DNA of 56,793 nt, filler included, from Sandaracinaceae bacterium (GTDB lineage Bacteria > Myxococcota_A > Polyangia > Polyangiales > JADJQN01): assembly GCA_947483975.1 (NCBI GenBank). It is 2 parts of 2 records of this genome, joined end to end, with 100 filler letters (N's around TTAATTAATTAA, not from the genome) between each part and the next. Parts side by side here need not be neighbours in the genome. Positions count along the whole stretch, not along the records: positions 28,687 to 56,793 come from CANKOL010000022.1; 1 more part is not named here. The stretch is one strand, 5' to 3'. The translations under genes were made by a program, and so were the position numbers. Below, piece by piece: positions 36,895 to 46,677 of this stretch. Below the pieces are notes generated by a model. It was not told where the DNA came from, ran no database searches, and worked only from the letters and a program-made list of their open reading frames with translations. Numbering within the stretch: position 1 is the stretch's first letter; each line of letters begins with the position of its first letter.

Positions 36895-37734
36895 TTGTCA
36901 GACACCATTCGCTTCAACGATGTCCTGCTGCGCGGTGTGCGCGTCCGCTACGGCGAGATCGGCGAGGGACCGCCGCTCGTGCTCGTCCACGGCTTCCTCG
37001 TCAGCCACAAGGAGTGGCTGCCGATGGTGCCGTACCTCGCGAAGCACTTTCGCGTGGTCTTGCTCGACCTGCCTGGCTTCGGCGCGAGCGAGAAGCGCAG
37101 CGGGGACGGCTACGCGTACACGCGCGAGGCGTTCGCGGAGACGGTCGCCGACCTGATGAGCGCGCTCGGGCTCACGCGGGCGCACATCTGTGGGCACTCG
37201 ATGGGCGGCGGCATCTCGCTGACGCTCGCCTCCGATCGCCCGGAGCTCGTCGACCGCCTCTGCGTGATCGACTCGATGAGCTACGACTTCGCCGCGCCGC
37301 TCAAGGGGCGGCTGCCGCAGATCCCCGTGCTCGGACCCATCATCTTCAAGAAGCTCTACGGGCGCACGCTGCTGCGTGACTACTTCAAGAATGATGTGTG
37401 GAGCGGGCACCCGGGCATCGACCTCGCGCAGGTCGACTCGTACTTCGACGACTTCGCGCCCTCCGAGGCGCGCGACGCTGCGTACACCTGCCTGCTGCGC
37501 ACGCTCGACGTGAAGTCGCTCAGCCCGAAGATCCCGCGTATTCGCGCCAAGACGCTGATCATCTGGGGCGACGACGACCGCATCATCCCGCTCACGCTCG
37601 GACAGCGGCTCGCGCGGGACATCCCTGGCGCGCGGCTGCGCATCGTGCCGCACAGCGGCCACGCGCCGAACGAAGAGCACGCAGAGGCGACGGCCGAGCT
37701 CGTCACGGCGCACCTGCTCGGCACCGCGGAGTAG
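36895..37734 (+). CDS. Alpha/beta fold hydrolase
   Basis: LVHGF, DLPGFG, GHSMGG nucleophile, WGDDD and GHAPNEE. Confidence 0.92.
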   Translation: MSDTIRFNDVLLRGVRVRYGEIGEGPPLVLVHGFLVSHKEWLPMVPYLAKHFRVVLLDLPGFGASEKRSGDGYAYTREAFAETVADLMSALGLTRAHICGHSMGGGISLTLASDRPELVDRLCVIDSMSYDFAAPLKGRLPQIPVLGPIIFKKLYGRTLLRDYFKNDVWSGHPGIDLAQVDSYFDDFAPSEARDAAYTCLLRTLDVKSLSPKIPRIRAKTLIIWGDDDRIIPLTLGQRLARDIPGARLRIVPHSGHAPNEEHAEATAELVTAHLLGTAE

Positions 37735-37737
37735 CGC

Positions 37738-38586
37738 GTGGACGTGCGCGCCTGGCGCCGGTTCCGCAGGAACAAAGGGGCCGTCGCGGGCGCGCTGCTC
37801 GTCACGGTCGTCCTGCTGCTCGCCGCGCTCGGGCCGCTGCTCGCGCCGTTCCCGCCGGATCTGCAGTTCACCGACGCCCTCGACCGCGCGACGGGGCTCC
37901 CCGTGGGCGCTGGCGGCAAGTATCTGCTCGGGGCCGATCAGCTCGGGCGCGACGAGCTCTCGAGGATCCTGCAGGGCGGGCAAACGTCGCTCGGGGTCGC
38001 GCTCGGGGCCACCGTGCTCGCGGTCGGCGCCGGGCTCTTGATCGGTTTGCTCGCGGGCTACCTGGGCGGCCCGGTGGACGCCGTCTCGATGCGCGGCATC
38101 GACATCCTCTTGTCGCTGCCGTTCTTGCTGGTCGCCATCGTCGTCAATCGGGTCGTCGACAGCCCTTCGCTGCTCGTGCTCTGCGGCCTGCTCGGCGGCC
38201 TCTCGTGGATGACGCTCGCGCGCATCACCCGCGCCAAGACCATGCAGGTGCGCGAGCTCGAGTTCGTGCAAGCGGCGCGGGCGATGGGGATGTCGCAGGC
38301 GCGGATCATCGCGCGACACGTGCTGCCGAACGTCGTGCAGCCCGCGATCATCCTGGGCACCACGCTCGTCGCGCAGATGATCGTCGCGGAGTCGGCGATG
38401 TCGTTCCTCGGGCTCGGCGTGCGCCCGCCTGCCGCCACCTGGGGGACGATGCTCTCGGACGGCGCGACGATGCTCTCGTACAAGCCGATGCTTACGTACC
38501 TGCCGAGCGCGATGATCGCGCTGACGGTGTTTGGCTTCAATTTGCTCGGTGAAGGCCTGCGGGATGCGCTCGATCCGAAGGTCTGA
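37738..38586 (+). CDS. Peptide/nickel ABC transporter permease (OppC/DppC-like)
   Basis: WRRFRRNK, LGADQLGRD, EFVQAARAMG (EAA loop) and GEGLRDALDP. Confidence 0.92.
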   Translation: MDVRAWRRFRRNKGAVAGALLVTVVLLLAALGPLLAPFPPDLQFTDALDRATGLPVGAGGKYLLGADQLGRDELSRILQGGQTSLGVALGATVLAVGAGLLIGLLAGYLGGPVDAVSMRGIDILLSLPFLLVAIVVNRVVDSPSLLVLCGLLGGLSWMTLARITRAKTMQVRELEFVQAARAMGMSQARIIARHVLPNVVQPAIILGTTLVAQMIVAESAMSFLGLGVRPPAATWGTMLSDGATMLSYKPMLTYLPSAMIALTVFGFNLLGEGLRDALDPKV

Positions 38587-40324
38587 CGCGCGCCTGACGC
38601 TCGGCGCGGGCCTGCTCTGCGTCGCGATGGGCTGCGCGAGCGTGCTTTGGGTCGCCGCGGTAGGCGGGTGCGGAGACCCGCGCTCGGGCCCGCGCTGGAC
38701 GGGCGCTCATCCGGGCGTCGAGACCCCGCGGCGGGGCGGCACGTTCGTCTTTCATCACGAGACCGACGTGCGCGGCTTCGATCCGCACGTCGCCTTCGAT
38801 GAGCTCTCGACCATGGGCGTCAAGCTGATGTTCGACTGCCTGCTCGACTACGACTACGAGCTGAACCTGGTGCCGAGCCTCGCCGCCGCGCTGCCCGACG
38901 TGAGCGCGGACGGCAAGACGTTCACGTTCCGGCTGCGACGCGGCGTCCGCTTTCACAACGGCCGCGAGCTGACCGCCGACGACGTGCGCTGGAGCCTCGA
39001 GCGGATGCTGAATCCCGCGACGGCGTCCCCCGGCGTCGGCTACTTCGCGCAGCTCGACGGCGCTGCGGCGTACGAAGCGGGGCGCGCGCCGCACGTCAGC
39101 GGCATCGTCGTGCTCGACCGCTACACGGTGCGCTTTCAGCTGCGCGAGCCCGACCAGACGTTCCTCAACGCGCTCGCCATGCCCTTCGCGGCGCCGGTCC
39201 CGCGCGAGAGCTACGCGCCTGGCGCGCGCGACGTCGCGCGGCATCCGGTGGGCACCGGGCCGTTCATGCTCGTCGATTGGGAGCCGGGCATCCGCGTGAC
39301 GTTCGCGCGCAACCCGCGCTACTGGCAGCCAGGCAAGCCCTACGTGGACCGCATGATCTTCGAGCTGAACCTGCAGCGCGAGGCGGCGTTCATGCGGTTC
39401 CTCGCCGGCGATCTCGATCACGTGCACCGCCTGACGCCCGCGGACCGCCTGTTTCTCGGGGAGAGCCGCGCGTGGGGGCCCTACCGCCAAGCGCAGGCCG
39501 ACGCGGACCTCTGGGGCCTCGAGATGAACACCGAGATGGCGCCCTTCGACGACGTGCACGTGCGCCGCGCGGTCGCCTTCGTCATCGATCGGGAGCGATG
39601 GTCGCTCGCCCGCAATCACGCGCTCGCCCCGCTCGGCCAGGCCCTGCCGGCGGGGTTTGCGGGCTACGACCCACGACTGCCGGGCGTGCAGACGCGCGAC
39701 CTCGTCCGCGCGCGTGAGGAGATGCGCCTCGCGGGGCATCCCGACGGGCTGCGGGCGCCGGTGACGCTGTGGATCGGCGAGGGGCCGACCGGGAAGATCT
39801 ACGGCGAGCTGGCACAGGCGAACCTCGCGGAGATCGGCATCCAAATCGAGCTCAAGCCGGTCGCGTATCCCGTGTACCTGCGGGAGACCGGGCGGCGGCA
39901 CACCGCGCAGATGGTCTATGGCGGCTGGACCCAGGATTTCCCTGATCCCGCGACGTTCTTCGACCCGCTATTTCACTCGCGCTCCGCGACCTCCACGGAT
40001 GCCACGAATCGCTCGTTCTACAGAAACTCCACGCTCGACGCGCTCCTCGACCGCGCGCGCTCGGAGCGGGACCGCGCGCGCCGCGTCGCGATGTACCGCG
40101 AGGCGAACGAGCTCGTGACGCGGGACGCGCCGTGGGCGTTCGCCTTCAGCTCGAGCCGCCTCGAGGCCTGGCAGCCCTACGTGCACGGCTACCGCATCCA
40201 TCCCGTGTGGACGAACTGCTTCCGCGACGTGTGGCTCGACCTGCCGCGGGAGCGAATCACTCGCCGCTACGCGCCGCGCGCGACGATGCCGGCGGCGCTG
40301 CTGCCGTTCGGTGCGCCGCGATGA
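38564..40324 (+). CDS. Family 5 ABC substrate-binding lipoprotein (OppA/DppA-like)
   Basis: VGGC lipobox; FTFRLRRGVRFHNGRELTADDVRWS, PVGTGPF and PFDDVHVRRA. Start approximate. Confidence 0.9.
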   Translation: MRSIRRSDARLTLGAGLLCVAMGCASVLWVAAVGGCGDPRSGPRWTGAHPGVETPRRGGTFVFHHETDVRGFDPHVAFDELSTMGVKLMFDCLLDYDYELNLVPSLAAALPDVSADGKTFTFRLRRGVRFHNGRELTADDVRWSLERMLNPATASPGVGYFAQLDGAAAYEAGRAPHVSGIVVLDRYTVRFQLREPDQTFLNALAMPFAAPVPRESYAPGARDVARHPVGTGPFMLVDWEPGIRVTFARNPRYWQPGKPYVDRMIFELNLQREAAFMRFLAGDLDHVHRLTPADRLFLGESRAWGPYRQAQADADLWGLEMNTEMAPFDDVHVRRAVAFVIDRERWSLARNHALAPLGQALPAGFAGYDPRLPGVQTRDLVRAREEMRLAGHPDGLRAPVTLWIGEGPTGKIYGELAQANLAEIGIQIELKPVAYPVYLRETGRRHTAQMVYGGWTQDFPDPATFFDPLFHSRSATSTDATNRSFYRNSTLDALLDRARSERDRARRVAMYREANELVTRDAPWAFAFSSSRLEAWQPYVHGYRIHPVWTNCFRDVWLDLPRERITRRYAPRATMPAALLPFGAPR

Positions 40325-41262
40325 TGCGCTTCGCCGCGAAGCGCGCCGCGTGGGCGCTGGTCGTGCTCTTCGTCGTCGTCACGGGCGTGTTCCTCCTCGC
40401 GAACGCCGTCGGAGACCCCGCCGCCGCGAACCTCGGGCCGCGGGCGAATCGCGCCCAATTGCAGGCCTATCGACGCGCGCACGGGCTCGACCGGCCGCTG
40501 CCCGAGCGGTACGCGAAGTACGTGCTCGAGCTCGCCCACGGAGACCTCGGGATCTCGCTCCGCGATGAGCAACCCGTCGGGCAGGTGCTCCTGCAGCGGC
40601 TGCCGCGGACGGCGCTGCTTGGCGGGATGGCGCTCGCGTTCGAGCTCTGCCTCGGGCTCGGCTTCGGCATCGTCGCGGCGATGAGGCGCAACACCTGGGT
40701 CGACACCGCCGTCATGTCGACGGCGTTCCTCGGCGTGTGCTTGCCGTCGTTCGTGGTCGGGCCGTTCTTCCTGCGCGAGGTGGCGTTTCGCCTCGGCTGG
40801 TTTCCGGTCGGCGGCTACGGGCGCGACGCGCTCGACCACGTCTATCACGCGACGCTGCCCGCGCTGACGCTCGCGATCCTCGGCTCCGCGACCTACGCGC
40901 GGGTGATGCGCAGCGAGATGATCGAGGTGCTGCGCGCGGACTTCGTGCGGACCGCGCGCGCCAAGGGCGCGAGCGAGACGGCCGTGGTCCTGCGGCACGC
41001 GGCGCGCAACGCCCTCCTGCCCATCGTCACGATGCTCGGCCTCAGCCTGCCGCTGCTCGTGACGGGCGCGATCATCACGGAGAGCATCTACGGCTGGCCC
41101 GGCGTCGGGCGCCTGGCGATCGAGTCGATCGCGGCGCTGGATGTGCCGATGATCCTCGGCATCGTGCTGCTCGCCTCGATGACCGTGCAGCTCGGCAATT
41201 TCCTCGCGGATCTCGCTGTAGCGGCGCTCGACCCGCGCATCCGAACGGGCGCGGGCGGCTGA
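40321..41262 (+). CDS. Peptide ABC transporter permease (OppB/DppB-like)
   Basis: GLDRPL, GDLGISL, DFVRTARAKG, ITESIYGWPGVG and LDPRI. Confidence 0.92.
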   Translation: MMRFAAKRAAWALVVLFVVVTGVFLLANAVGDPAAANLGPRANRAQLQAYRRAHGLDRPLPERYAKYVLELAHGDLGISLRDEQPVGQVLLQRLPRTALLGGMALAFELCLGLGFGIVAAMRRNTWVDTAVMSTAFLGVCLPSFVVGPFFLREVAFRLGWFPVGGYGRDALDHVYHATLPALTLAILGSATYARVMRSEMIEVLRADFVRTARAKGASETAVVLRHAARNALLPIVTMLGLSLPLLVTGAIITESIYGWPGVGRLAIESIAALDVPMILGIVLLASMTVQLGNFLADLAVAALDPRIRTGAGG

Positions 41263-41277
41263 CGCAGCCCGTCCTGC

Positions 41278-42225
41278 TCAGCGGTGATGGCGCAGGAGCC
41301 AGTCCGCGACGGACGGCGCCCAGGCGGCGTTGAACCCCGGGGCATGAGTCCCGCCGGTGATGGACCAAAGCTCGGCGTCGAGCCCCGGCGTGCAGCCGGT
41401 GTTCCACTGCTCGACGGTGGTCTCGGCGCCCGGGAGGCTGTCGACGAGGTCGAGTGGCGTGCCTGCCGTCGACATCGTCGGATCACAGCCATCCCGCCCT
41501 GCCCAGCGCATCACGGCGTCGCGCGCCGCCGGATAGCCGGCCGTGCCGGTGTAGCTGATGGTCGGGTCCGCCGTGCCGTGGACCTGCAGCAGCGAGACGC
41601 CGCGCGTCGGCGTGCAGGTGGTGTCGCTGAGGTAGTCCCCGCCGGCGAGGCTGACGGCGGCGGTGATGCGCTCCGAGAGCTCGCAGGCCAAGCGGTAGGT
41701 CATGAAGCCGCCGTTGGAGTGGCCGTAGAGGTAGACGCGCGTCGTGTCCACGGGGACGACCGACTCGGCCTCGTCGATCAGCGAGGTCAGATACGCGACG
41801 TCGTCGACGGTGCTGGCGTCGAAGTTGCAGCAGGCGGGAGTCGCGTTCCAGAACTGACTGCCGCTGCTGTCGACCGTGCCCTCGGGGAGGATCAGGTAAT
41901 AGCCGCGCTCGCGCGCCGTCGCCGACGCGCGGAAGTACGTGTCCTGGATGGCCGACGACGCGCCGTAGCCGTGGAGCAGCATCATCAGCGGGAGGGGCGT
42001 GACGCCGTCGTACGCAGGCGGGACGACGAAGCGAGCGCGGCGATCGGCGGGGCCAAGCACCCGCGGCGCGACGGGCCCCGCATCGACTGGCGGACCGGCA
42101 TCGATGGTAGGTCCACCGTCGAGGGCGAGCCCCCCGTCGGTCGGAGCCGCAGGCACCGGGTCAGAGCCGCACGCGGCGACGAGTACGAGAATCAGTGGAA
42201 GCGGGAACAGCGGGAGATTGCGCAC
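41278..42225 (-). CDS. Esterase lipoprotein (PHB depolymerase / LpqP-like)
   Basis: VAAC lipobox, LHGYG, WNATPACC, DDVAYL, GHSNGG, HGTAD and GGTH. Start approximate. Confidence 0.85.
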   Translation of the reverse strand: MRNLPLFPLPLILVLVAACGSDPVPAAPTDGGLALDGGPTIDAGPPVDAGPVAPRVLGPADRRARFVVPPAYDGVTPLPLMMLLHGYGASSAIQDTYFRASATARERGYYLILPEGTVDSSGSQFWNATPACCNFDASTVDDVAYLTSLIDEAESVVPVDTTRVYLYGHSNGGFMTYRLACELSERITAAVSLAGGDYLSDTTCTPTRGVSLLQVHGTADPTISYTGTAGYPAARDAVMRWAGRDGCDPTMSTAGTPLDLVDSLPGAETTVEQWNTGCTPGLDAELWSITGGTHAPGFNAAWAPSVADWLLRHHR

Positions 42226-42277
42226 GACCCATCGTGCGCAAAGCGGGGAGCGGCGTCCACTCCCCGCGCTCACGCGG

Positions 42278-44251
42278 TCAGCGGCAGCGACCGAGTCTGC
42301 ACGCTTGGCCACGACCGCAGACGATGCCGCAGCCTCCGCAGTTCAGCGGGTCGCGCCGCGTGTTCGTGCAGGTGCCACCACAGTTCGCCGCCGGCGCGGT
42401 GCACGCGCACGAGCCCCCGACGCACGAGAAGGTCGCGTCGCAGGTGTGACCGCAGGCGCCGCAGTTGAGCGGGCTGGCGGTGATGTCGACGCAGAAGCCG
42501 CCGCAGATCAACAGCGAGCCGGGACACGCGCAGCGCCCCCCGGTGCAGGGGACTCCGGACGGGCAGGTGTTCCCGCAGCCGCCGCAGTTCGCCGGATCCG
42601 TCGCCGTCGCGATGCACGCCGTGCCGCAGAGCGTGCGGTCCGCGGGGCACATCGTCGTCGTGCAGGCGCCGCGCGTGCAGGTCTGCCCCGCAGTACAGAC
42701 GGTGCCGCAGCCGCCGCAGTTCGCGGGGTCGCTCAGCGGATCGACGCAAGAGACGCCGCAGGTGATCGTGCCCGTCGGGCAAGGCGTTCCGCAGACGCTC
42801 GCCACGCAGCTCGTGCCGAGCGGACACGTCGCGCCGCAAGCGCCGCAGTTGAGCGAGTCCGTCGTCGTGTCGACGCAGCCCGAGGCGCCGCACTCGGTCG
42901 TCGGCGGCGGGCAGACGACGCGGCAGGCGCCGGCGTCGCACGACGAGCCGGGCGCGCACACGTTGCCGCAGGCGCCGCAGTTGGCGTCGTCGGTGGTGGT
43001 GTTCACGCAGACGCCGCTGCAGGAGGTGAGCGGCGCCATGCACCGCGTGTCGATGCAGCGGCTGCTCGAGCAGGTCTCACCGGCGCGGCAGGTATTGCCG
43101 CACGCGCCGCAGTTGCTCGCGTCGCTCGTCAGGTCGCGGCAGCCCATCCCGCAGAGCGTCGTCGGAGACGTGCAAGGCGAGAAGCACACGCCAAAGCCAC
43201 AGAGCTCCCCGGGGCCACAGCTGTTGCCGCACGAGGCGCAGTTCGCCGGGTCGACGCGGAAGTCGGTGCAGCCGCCGCCGCACGAGACGAGCGGCGCCGT
43301 GCACGTGTCGACGCATGAGCGGAACTGGCAGAGCTGCCCCGCGGCGCATGCATTGCCGCACGCGCCGCAGTTGAGCGGATCGGTCGCGACGCTCGCGCAG
43401 GTGGCGCCGCAGCGCTCGGTCGGGAACGGGCAGGTCAGCGTGCAGGTGCCGAGCGCGCACGCCGCGCCGGACGGGCAGGTGTGGCCGCAACCGCCGCAAT
43501 TGGCGGGGTCGCTCGAGGTGTTGACGCACGCGCCGCTGCAGTCCGTGCCCGGAGCCGGACAGCGCGCGACGCAGATGCCGCCCGCGCAGCTCGAGGTCGC
43601 CGCGCAGACGTTGCCGCAGGCGCCGCAGTTGGCGGGGTCCGAGCTCGGATCGATGCAGCTAGCCCCGCAATCGAGGAGCGGAGGCGCGCACACCGCGGTG
43701 CAGAGGCCCGCGCTGCAGACCGAGTCTACGGCGCAGGCGATGCCGCAGCCGCCGCAGTTCAGCGGGTCGGTGCGCGGGTCGATGCAGCCGACGCCCTCGC
43801 AGAACTCCTGCCCTGGGTCGCACACCGACGTGCAGGCGCCCATGCGGCACGCGTCGCCCGACGGGCAAATGTTGCCGCACGCGCCACAGTTGAGCGGATC
43901 GGCGAGCGTGTCGACGCAGCCGCCGACGCACTCCGTCAGCCCGACGGGGCACGCCGCGACGCAGACACCATCGGCGCAAACGCCATCCCCGCAGGCTGCG
44001 TCGCAGTCCCCGCAATTGAACGGATCGCTGCGGAGGTCGACGCACGCCTCGCCGCAGAGGAACAGGGGATCGGGGCAGACGGGCCCGCCGTCCGGCCCAG
44101 CGTCGGCGCCGAGGTCGGGGTGCGCGTCCGGGCCGAAATCACGCAGCGGCACGCTGCCGTCGGCGAAGGTGTTGAGCGTCGTGCGCCCGCACGCCGAAGC
44201 GAGCAGCGCGAAGGTGGCGACGAGGAGAACCCAAGCGAAGTGCGTACGCAT
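42278..44251 (-). CDS. Cys-rich repeat lipoprotein (14 repeats of about 43 aa, DxxNCGxCGxxC; myxobacterial/Stig1-like)
   Basis: Lipobox ASAC; 14 repeats of 8 Cys each; GGAGG SD. Confidence 0.9.
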   Translation of the reverse strand: MRTHFAWVLLVATFALLASACGRTTLNTFADGSVPLRDFGPDAHPDLGADAGPDGGPVCPDPLFLCGEACVDLRSDPFNCGDCDAACGDGVCADGVCVAACPVGLTECVGGCVDTLADPLNCGACGNICPSGDACRMGACTSVCDPGQEFCEGVGCIDPRTDPLNCGGCGIACAVDSVCSAGLCTAVCAPPLLDCGASCIDPSSDPANCGACGNVCAATSSCAGGICVARCPAPGTDCSGACVNTSSDPANCGGCGHTCPSGAACALGTCTLTCPFPTERCGATCASVATDPLNCGACGNACAAGQLCQFRSCVDTCTAPLVSCGGGCTDFRVDPANCASCGNSCGPGELCGFGVCFSPCTSPTTLCGMGCRDLTSDASNCGACGNTCRAGETCSSSRCIDTRCMAPLTSCSGVCVNTTTDDANCGACGNVCAPGSSCDAGACRVVCPPPTTECGASGCVDTTTDSLNCGACGATCPLGTSCVASVCGTPCPTGTITCGVSCVDPLSDPANCGGCGTVCTAGQTCTRGACTTTMCPADRTLCGTACIATATDPANCGGCGNTCPSGVPCTGGRCACPGSLLICGGFCVDITASPLNCGACGHTCDATFSCVGGSCACTAPAANCGGTCTNTRRDPLNCGGCGIVCGRGQACRLGRCR

Positions 44252-44339
44252 CGAACCTCCGAAAGACCGCGAACAGGGACGGGCAGCGCGCCCGCCAAGT
44301 GTTGCAGCGTGAAGTGTGCGAGCAGCCGCGTCGAGGGCG

Positions 44340-45290
44340 CTACTTCTTGCGTTGCTCGAGCGGGTAGATGCGCCGGTCGTCCTGGATATGGCACGGCAGC
44401 ACGCGCAGGAAGTCGAGGCGAATCACCTTCCGAACGCCGCTCGGGAGCTTGATGACGACCGCTCCTTCGGAGTCCTCGCCCTCGACGTAGCAGAGCCCGA
44501 ATTGCTTGTGCGCGACCCAGTCGCCCTTCTCCAAGTTGGGCTCGTCTGCGCCGTCGTCGACGAGGCGCTTCTTGTCGGGGATGGGCTGCGCGGCGAACGC
44601 CGGCTCGACGACTCGCTCAGGCGGCATATGCGGCACGCGCGCCGCCCTCGGGGCCTCGCGCTGACGCTCCTCCCGCGCGGGCGTTCCCCACGAACCGCTG
44701 CGCGAGTCGGCCGAGCGCTGCTCTGCCGCTTGCGTCGCCGTGAGGCGCTCTGCCTCGACCGCCGCCGCCGCCCAGCCGAGCTGCGCCGGCGACGCTGCGA
44801 CCGCCGTAGTCGACTTGCCGCGCCAGAGAGGCAGCCCCGTCGCGTCGTCCGGGAAGCGCTCGAGCACGAGGTCGTCGTAGGCTTCGATCACGAACTCGAC
44901 GGCGAACGCGAGCGCCGAGCGAAGCTCCCCGCCGAGGAGCGCACCGACCATCGGGGCCGTGCCCTCCCCAACCGCCGCGCCGTCGCTCCCTTCGGGACGG
45001 GCGGGCGCGACGAGCGCGTGCGCGTGCGCGAACGGCAGCCCGCCGAGGCGAGACAGATTGCCGGTGATCTGGACGGCAGTGCACGCCGCGACGCGCTTCG
45101 GCAGAGAGTGGCGCCTGGTCTGCGCGTCGAAGACCGCGAGCTCCGCCGACTCGAGCGATCCCGTCGCTTGGAACCACGCGCTCGTGATGTTGCGGTGAAG
45201 CGCGATCTCCGCCAGCGCGTCGAGGACGCTCTCGCCTCGCTCGAGCCGCCCAACGATGCGCCGCGTACGGTTGGGCTCAAATACGATCAT
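44340..45290 (-). CDS. PPC/DUF296 domain protein with C-terminal Tudor/SH3-like domain
   Basis: RLERGESVL, ITGNLS, FAHAH and DDATGLPLW; C-terminus GDWVAHKQFGLCYV. Confidence 0.78.
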   Translation of the reverse strand: MIVFEPNRTRRIVGRLERGESVLDALAEIALHRNITSAWFQATGSLESAELAVFDAQTRRHSLPKRVAACTAVQITGNLSRLGGLPFAHAHALVAPARPEGSDGAAVGEGTAPMVGALLGGELRSALAFAVEFVIEAYDDLVLERFPDDATGLPLWRGKSTTAVAASPAQLGWAAAAVEAERLTATQAAEQRSADSRSGSWGTPAREERQREAPRAARVPHMPPERVVEPAFAAQPIPDKKRLVDDGADEPNLEKGDWVAHKQFGLCYVEGEDSEGAVVIKLPSGVRKVIRLDFLRVLPCHIQDDRRIYPLEQRKK

Positions 45291-45378
45291 GGCGCCGCAG
45301 GTAGCACGCGCTCCCGCGCGCTGCGAGGTGAGTGTCCTCGCCTTCGCGCACGTCGCGCGGTAGAAAGCGCGCACCTCC

Positions 45379-46677
45379 ATGGCGACCCGCACGACGATCG
45401 AACGAATCGCAGAGCACGTGGGCACTGAAGTCGAGCTGCAGGGCTGGCTCTACAACAAGCGCTCGAGCGGGAAGCTCCACTTCCTCGAGGTCCGCGACGG
45501 CAGCGGCGTCGCGCAGTGCGTGGTGTTCAAGGGCGATGTGAGCCCGGAGCTCTTCGAGGCGGCGGGCAAGCTCACGCAAGAGACCTCGCTGCGGCTCACC
45601 GGCAACGTGCGCGAGCACGGCAAGCGCAAGGGTGAGTACGAGGTCGGCGTCACGACGCTCACGCCGCTCGCGGCGACGGCCGGCGAGTACCCGATCTCGC
45701 CGAAGGATCACGGCACCGACTTCCTGATGGACAACCGGCACCTCTGGCTGCGCTCGAAGCGACAGCACGCGATCCTCCGCGTGCGCGCAGAGATCATCGC
45801 CGCGGTGCGCGACTACTTCGACAGCCACGACTTCACGCTCGTCGACGCGCCGATCTTCACGCCGAACGCGTGCGAGGGCACGTCCAACCTCTTCGAGACC
45901 GACTACCACGGCGAGCCCGCGTACCTCACGCAGAGCGGTCAGCTCTACATGGAAGCGGCCGCCGCCGCGGTCGGCAAGGCGTACTGCTTCGGGCCCACGT
46001 TTCGCGCGGAGAAGAGCAAGACGCGGCGCCATCTCGCGGAGTTCTGGATGGTCGAGCCGGAGGTCGCCTTCATGGACCTCCAGGGCGACATGGACCTCGC
46101 CGAGGACTTCCTCGTCAGCATCGTCGCGCGCGTGCTCGAGCGCCGACGCCCGGAGCTGATCACGCTCGAGCGCGACCTCGCGCCCCTCGAGCGCGTACAG
46201 AAGCCCTTCCCGCGTATCTCGTACGCCGACGCGATCCGCACGCTCGAAGAGGCGGGCACGGGCGCGAAGTACGGCGACGACTTCGGCGGCGACGAGGAGA
46301 CCGTGATCAGCGCGAAGTTCGATCGCCCGGTGATCGTCTCGCGCTACCCGATGGACCTCAAAGCCTTCTATTTCAAGCGTGATCCCGACGCGCCGCTGCT
46401 CGCGCTCAACATGGATGTGCTCGCGCCGGAAGGCTACGGCGAGATCATCGGCGGCGGTCAGCGCGAGGACGACCTCGCGACGCTCGAGGCGGCGATCGAC
46501 CACCACAAACTGCCGCGCGAGGCGTTCGGCTGGTACCTCGATCTGCGGCGCTACGGCTCGTTCCCGCACGCGGGCTTCGGGCTCGGCATCGAGCGGACGG
46601 TCGCGTGGATCTGCGGGCTGCCGCATGTGCGGGAGACGATCCCGTTCCCGCGCATGCTGAACCGGATGTCCCCGTAG
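45379..46677 (+). CDS. asnS: Asparagine--tRNA ligase
   Basis: OB fold ([16 protein letters not shown]), [26 protein letters not shown] and GFGLGIER. Confidence 0.96.
   Translation: MATRTTIERIAEHVGTEVELQGWLYNKRSSGKLHFLEVRDGSGVAQCVVFKGDVSPELFEAAGKLTQETSLRLTGNVREHGKRKGEYEVGVTTLTPLAATAGEYPISPKDHGTDFLMDNRHLWLRSKRQHAILRVRAEIIAAVRDYFDSHDFTLVDAPIFTPNACEGTSNLFETDYHGEPAYLTQSGQLYMEAAAAAVGKAYCFGPTFRAEKSKTRRHLAEFWMVEPEVAFMDLQGDMDLAEDFLVSIVARVLERRRPELITLERDLAPLERVQKPFPRISYADAIRTLEEAGTGAKYGDDFGGDEETVISAKFDRPVIVSRYPMDLKAFYFKRDPDAPLLALNMDVLAPEGYGEIIGGGQREDDLATLEAAIDHHKLPREAFGWYLDLRRYGSFPHAGFGLGIERTVAWICGLPHVRETIPFPRMLNRMSP

Noticed and set aside
42465..44312. Gln/Pro/His-rich repeat ORF on the plus strand (also 3140-3550)
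   Set aside because: Mirror of the Cys-rich (or Gly/Pro) repeat gene, which has the signal peptide or zinc ribbon and the SD.
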